From the NCBI GenBank assembly GCA_019421005.1, contig JAHZGA010000002.1, forward strand, positions 10,204 to 74,203: a stretch of 64,000 bases of DNA, given 5' to 3'. This document shows, in pieces, positions 63,496 through 64,000 of this stretch. The notes beneath the pieces are model-generated. The model ran no database searches and was not told the DNA's origin. It was given only the letters and a program-made list of their open reading frames with translations. The DNA comes from a bacterium. GTDB taxonomy: Bacteria > Bacillota_I > Bacilli_A > RF39 > UBA660. Numbering within the stretch: the first letter of the stretch is position 1; each line of letters starts with the position of its first letter. A program made the translations under genes and the position numbers.

Positions 63496-64000
63496 CTAAT
63501 TGATTGATTCCTTTCTAATTATTTCAAAAATTGTTCCATCTTTAGTATCTCTTAAAACAATGTTTTGTTCTAATAACTCATTACGAATATCATCAGCTAA
63601 TTTATAGTTTTTTTCTTTTTTAGCTAAATTTCTTTCATTTATTTTTTTATTAATATATTCTTCTAATTCTTGATCATAGTTTTTAGAAACTGGTTTTAAT
63701 AAATCTAATGATAAAACTTGATCAAATTTTTCAATTAAATATAATTTAGTATCATCATTAGTATTTTCTTTTAATAAATCATATAAAATTGTTAAAGCAT
63801 AAGAAGTATTTAAATCATCTTCTAAAGCATTAGAAAATTTATCTAAATAGATTTTAATTATATCTAAATCTAATTCTTGATTTTCTTTAGTAAGAGTTCT
63901 TATTTTATTTAACAATTTTTGATATTGATTATCAGCATTATTTAAAATATCATATGAAAAAACCAATTGTTTACGATAATGAGATTGTAAGCATAATAAT
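63496..64000 (-). CDS. cysS: cysteine--tRNA ligase, C-terminal part (gene continues past the right window edge)
   Basis: The reading frame is open to position 64000 (..LLCLQSHYRKQLVFSYDIL.. resembles the CysRS HYR..L.FS region). The C-terminus AKKEKNYKLADDIRNELLEQNIVLRDTKDGTIFEI is typical of CysRS. Confidence 0.85.
   Translation of the reverse strand, partial: LLCLQSHYRKQLVFSYDILNNADNQYQKLLNKIRTLTKENQELDLDIIKIYLDKFSNALEDDLNTSYALTILYDLLKENTNDDTKLYLIEKFDQVLSLDLLKPVSKNYDQELEEYINKKINERNLAKKEKNYKLADDIRNELLEQNIVLRDTKDGTIFEIIRKESIN

Noticed and set aside
1-64000. Possibility of a Mollicutes-type genetic code (TGA = Trp), given the extreme AT content.
   Set aside because: Conserved Trp positions are encoded by TGG. 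TGA terminates ORFs at sensible ends (e.g. 52498..53343 and the frameshifted 15534 ORF). Long housekeeping ORFs are intact under the standard code, and cell-wall and sporulation genes are present.

Overview
Very AT-rich (about three quarters A+T by eye) chromosomal window that uses the standard code: TAA, TAG and TGA all end well-supported genes, and Trp is TGG. It comes from a low-GC, spore-forming Bacillota genome. rpoE (RNA polymerase delta), DUF1934-argS and the alaS-ruvX-DUF1292-mltG-O-methyltransferase order suggest the Bacilli/Erysipelotrichia side rather than classical Clostridia (inference only). Most genes are on the minus strand. Housekeeping content: a partial dcw block (SpoVD/PBP2B-like PBP, mraY, SEDS protein), prfA-prmC, rpoE, argS, a class A PBP, pheST and leuS (each behind a T-box leader), alaS, ruvX, mltG, pgsA, rnhB, pnp, rpsO, truB, and partial cysS. 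There is also a two-component system, a GH31 glycosidase, and a spore-surface cluster (two collagen-like genes, two CotF-like genes, intact sigK). No rRNA, tRNA, CRISPR array, transposase or integrase was seen. Accessory stretches lie at about 0.5-8 kb and 15.4-24.3 kb. The most interesting observations are these. (1) A consensus promoter, an 18-codon leader ORF and a mutually exclusive antiterminator/terminator sit in front of an operon encoding an ASCH-cytidine-deaminase fusion, three GNAT acetyltransferases and a phosphoesterase; a second ASCH-dCMP-deaminase paralog lies 3 kb away. (2) A zinc-ribbon PrsW protease is paired with an anti-sigma-like zinc-ribbon membrane protein and sits divergent from a double-HTH regulator. 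(3) In-frame inverted repeats in two convergent collagen-like genes could swap their C-terminal domains by inversion. (4) A degenerate LeuRS-CP1-like domain is fused to a Nudix hydrolase directly downstream of leuS. (5) AlaRS is only 582 aa, lacks the C-Ala domain, and is flanked by dNMP-kinase-like and dGTPase-like genes. (6) A SpoT-type HD hydrolase is fused to a P-loop kinase-like domain and is translationally coupled to an Ogt-Tag fusion. Three genes are disrupted (one in-frame TAG, two frameshifts in A/T runs). All functional calls rest on motif recognition by eye; no database search was run.
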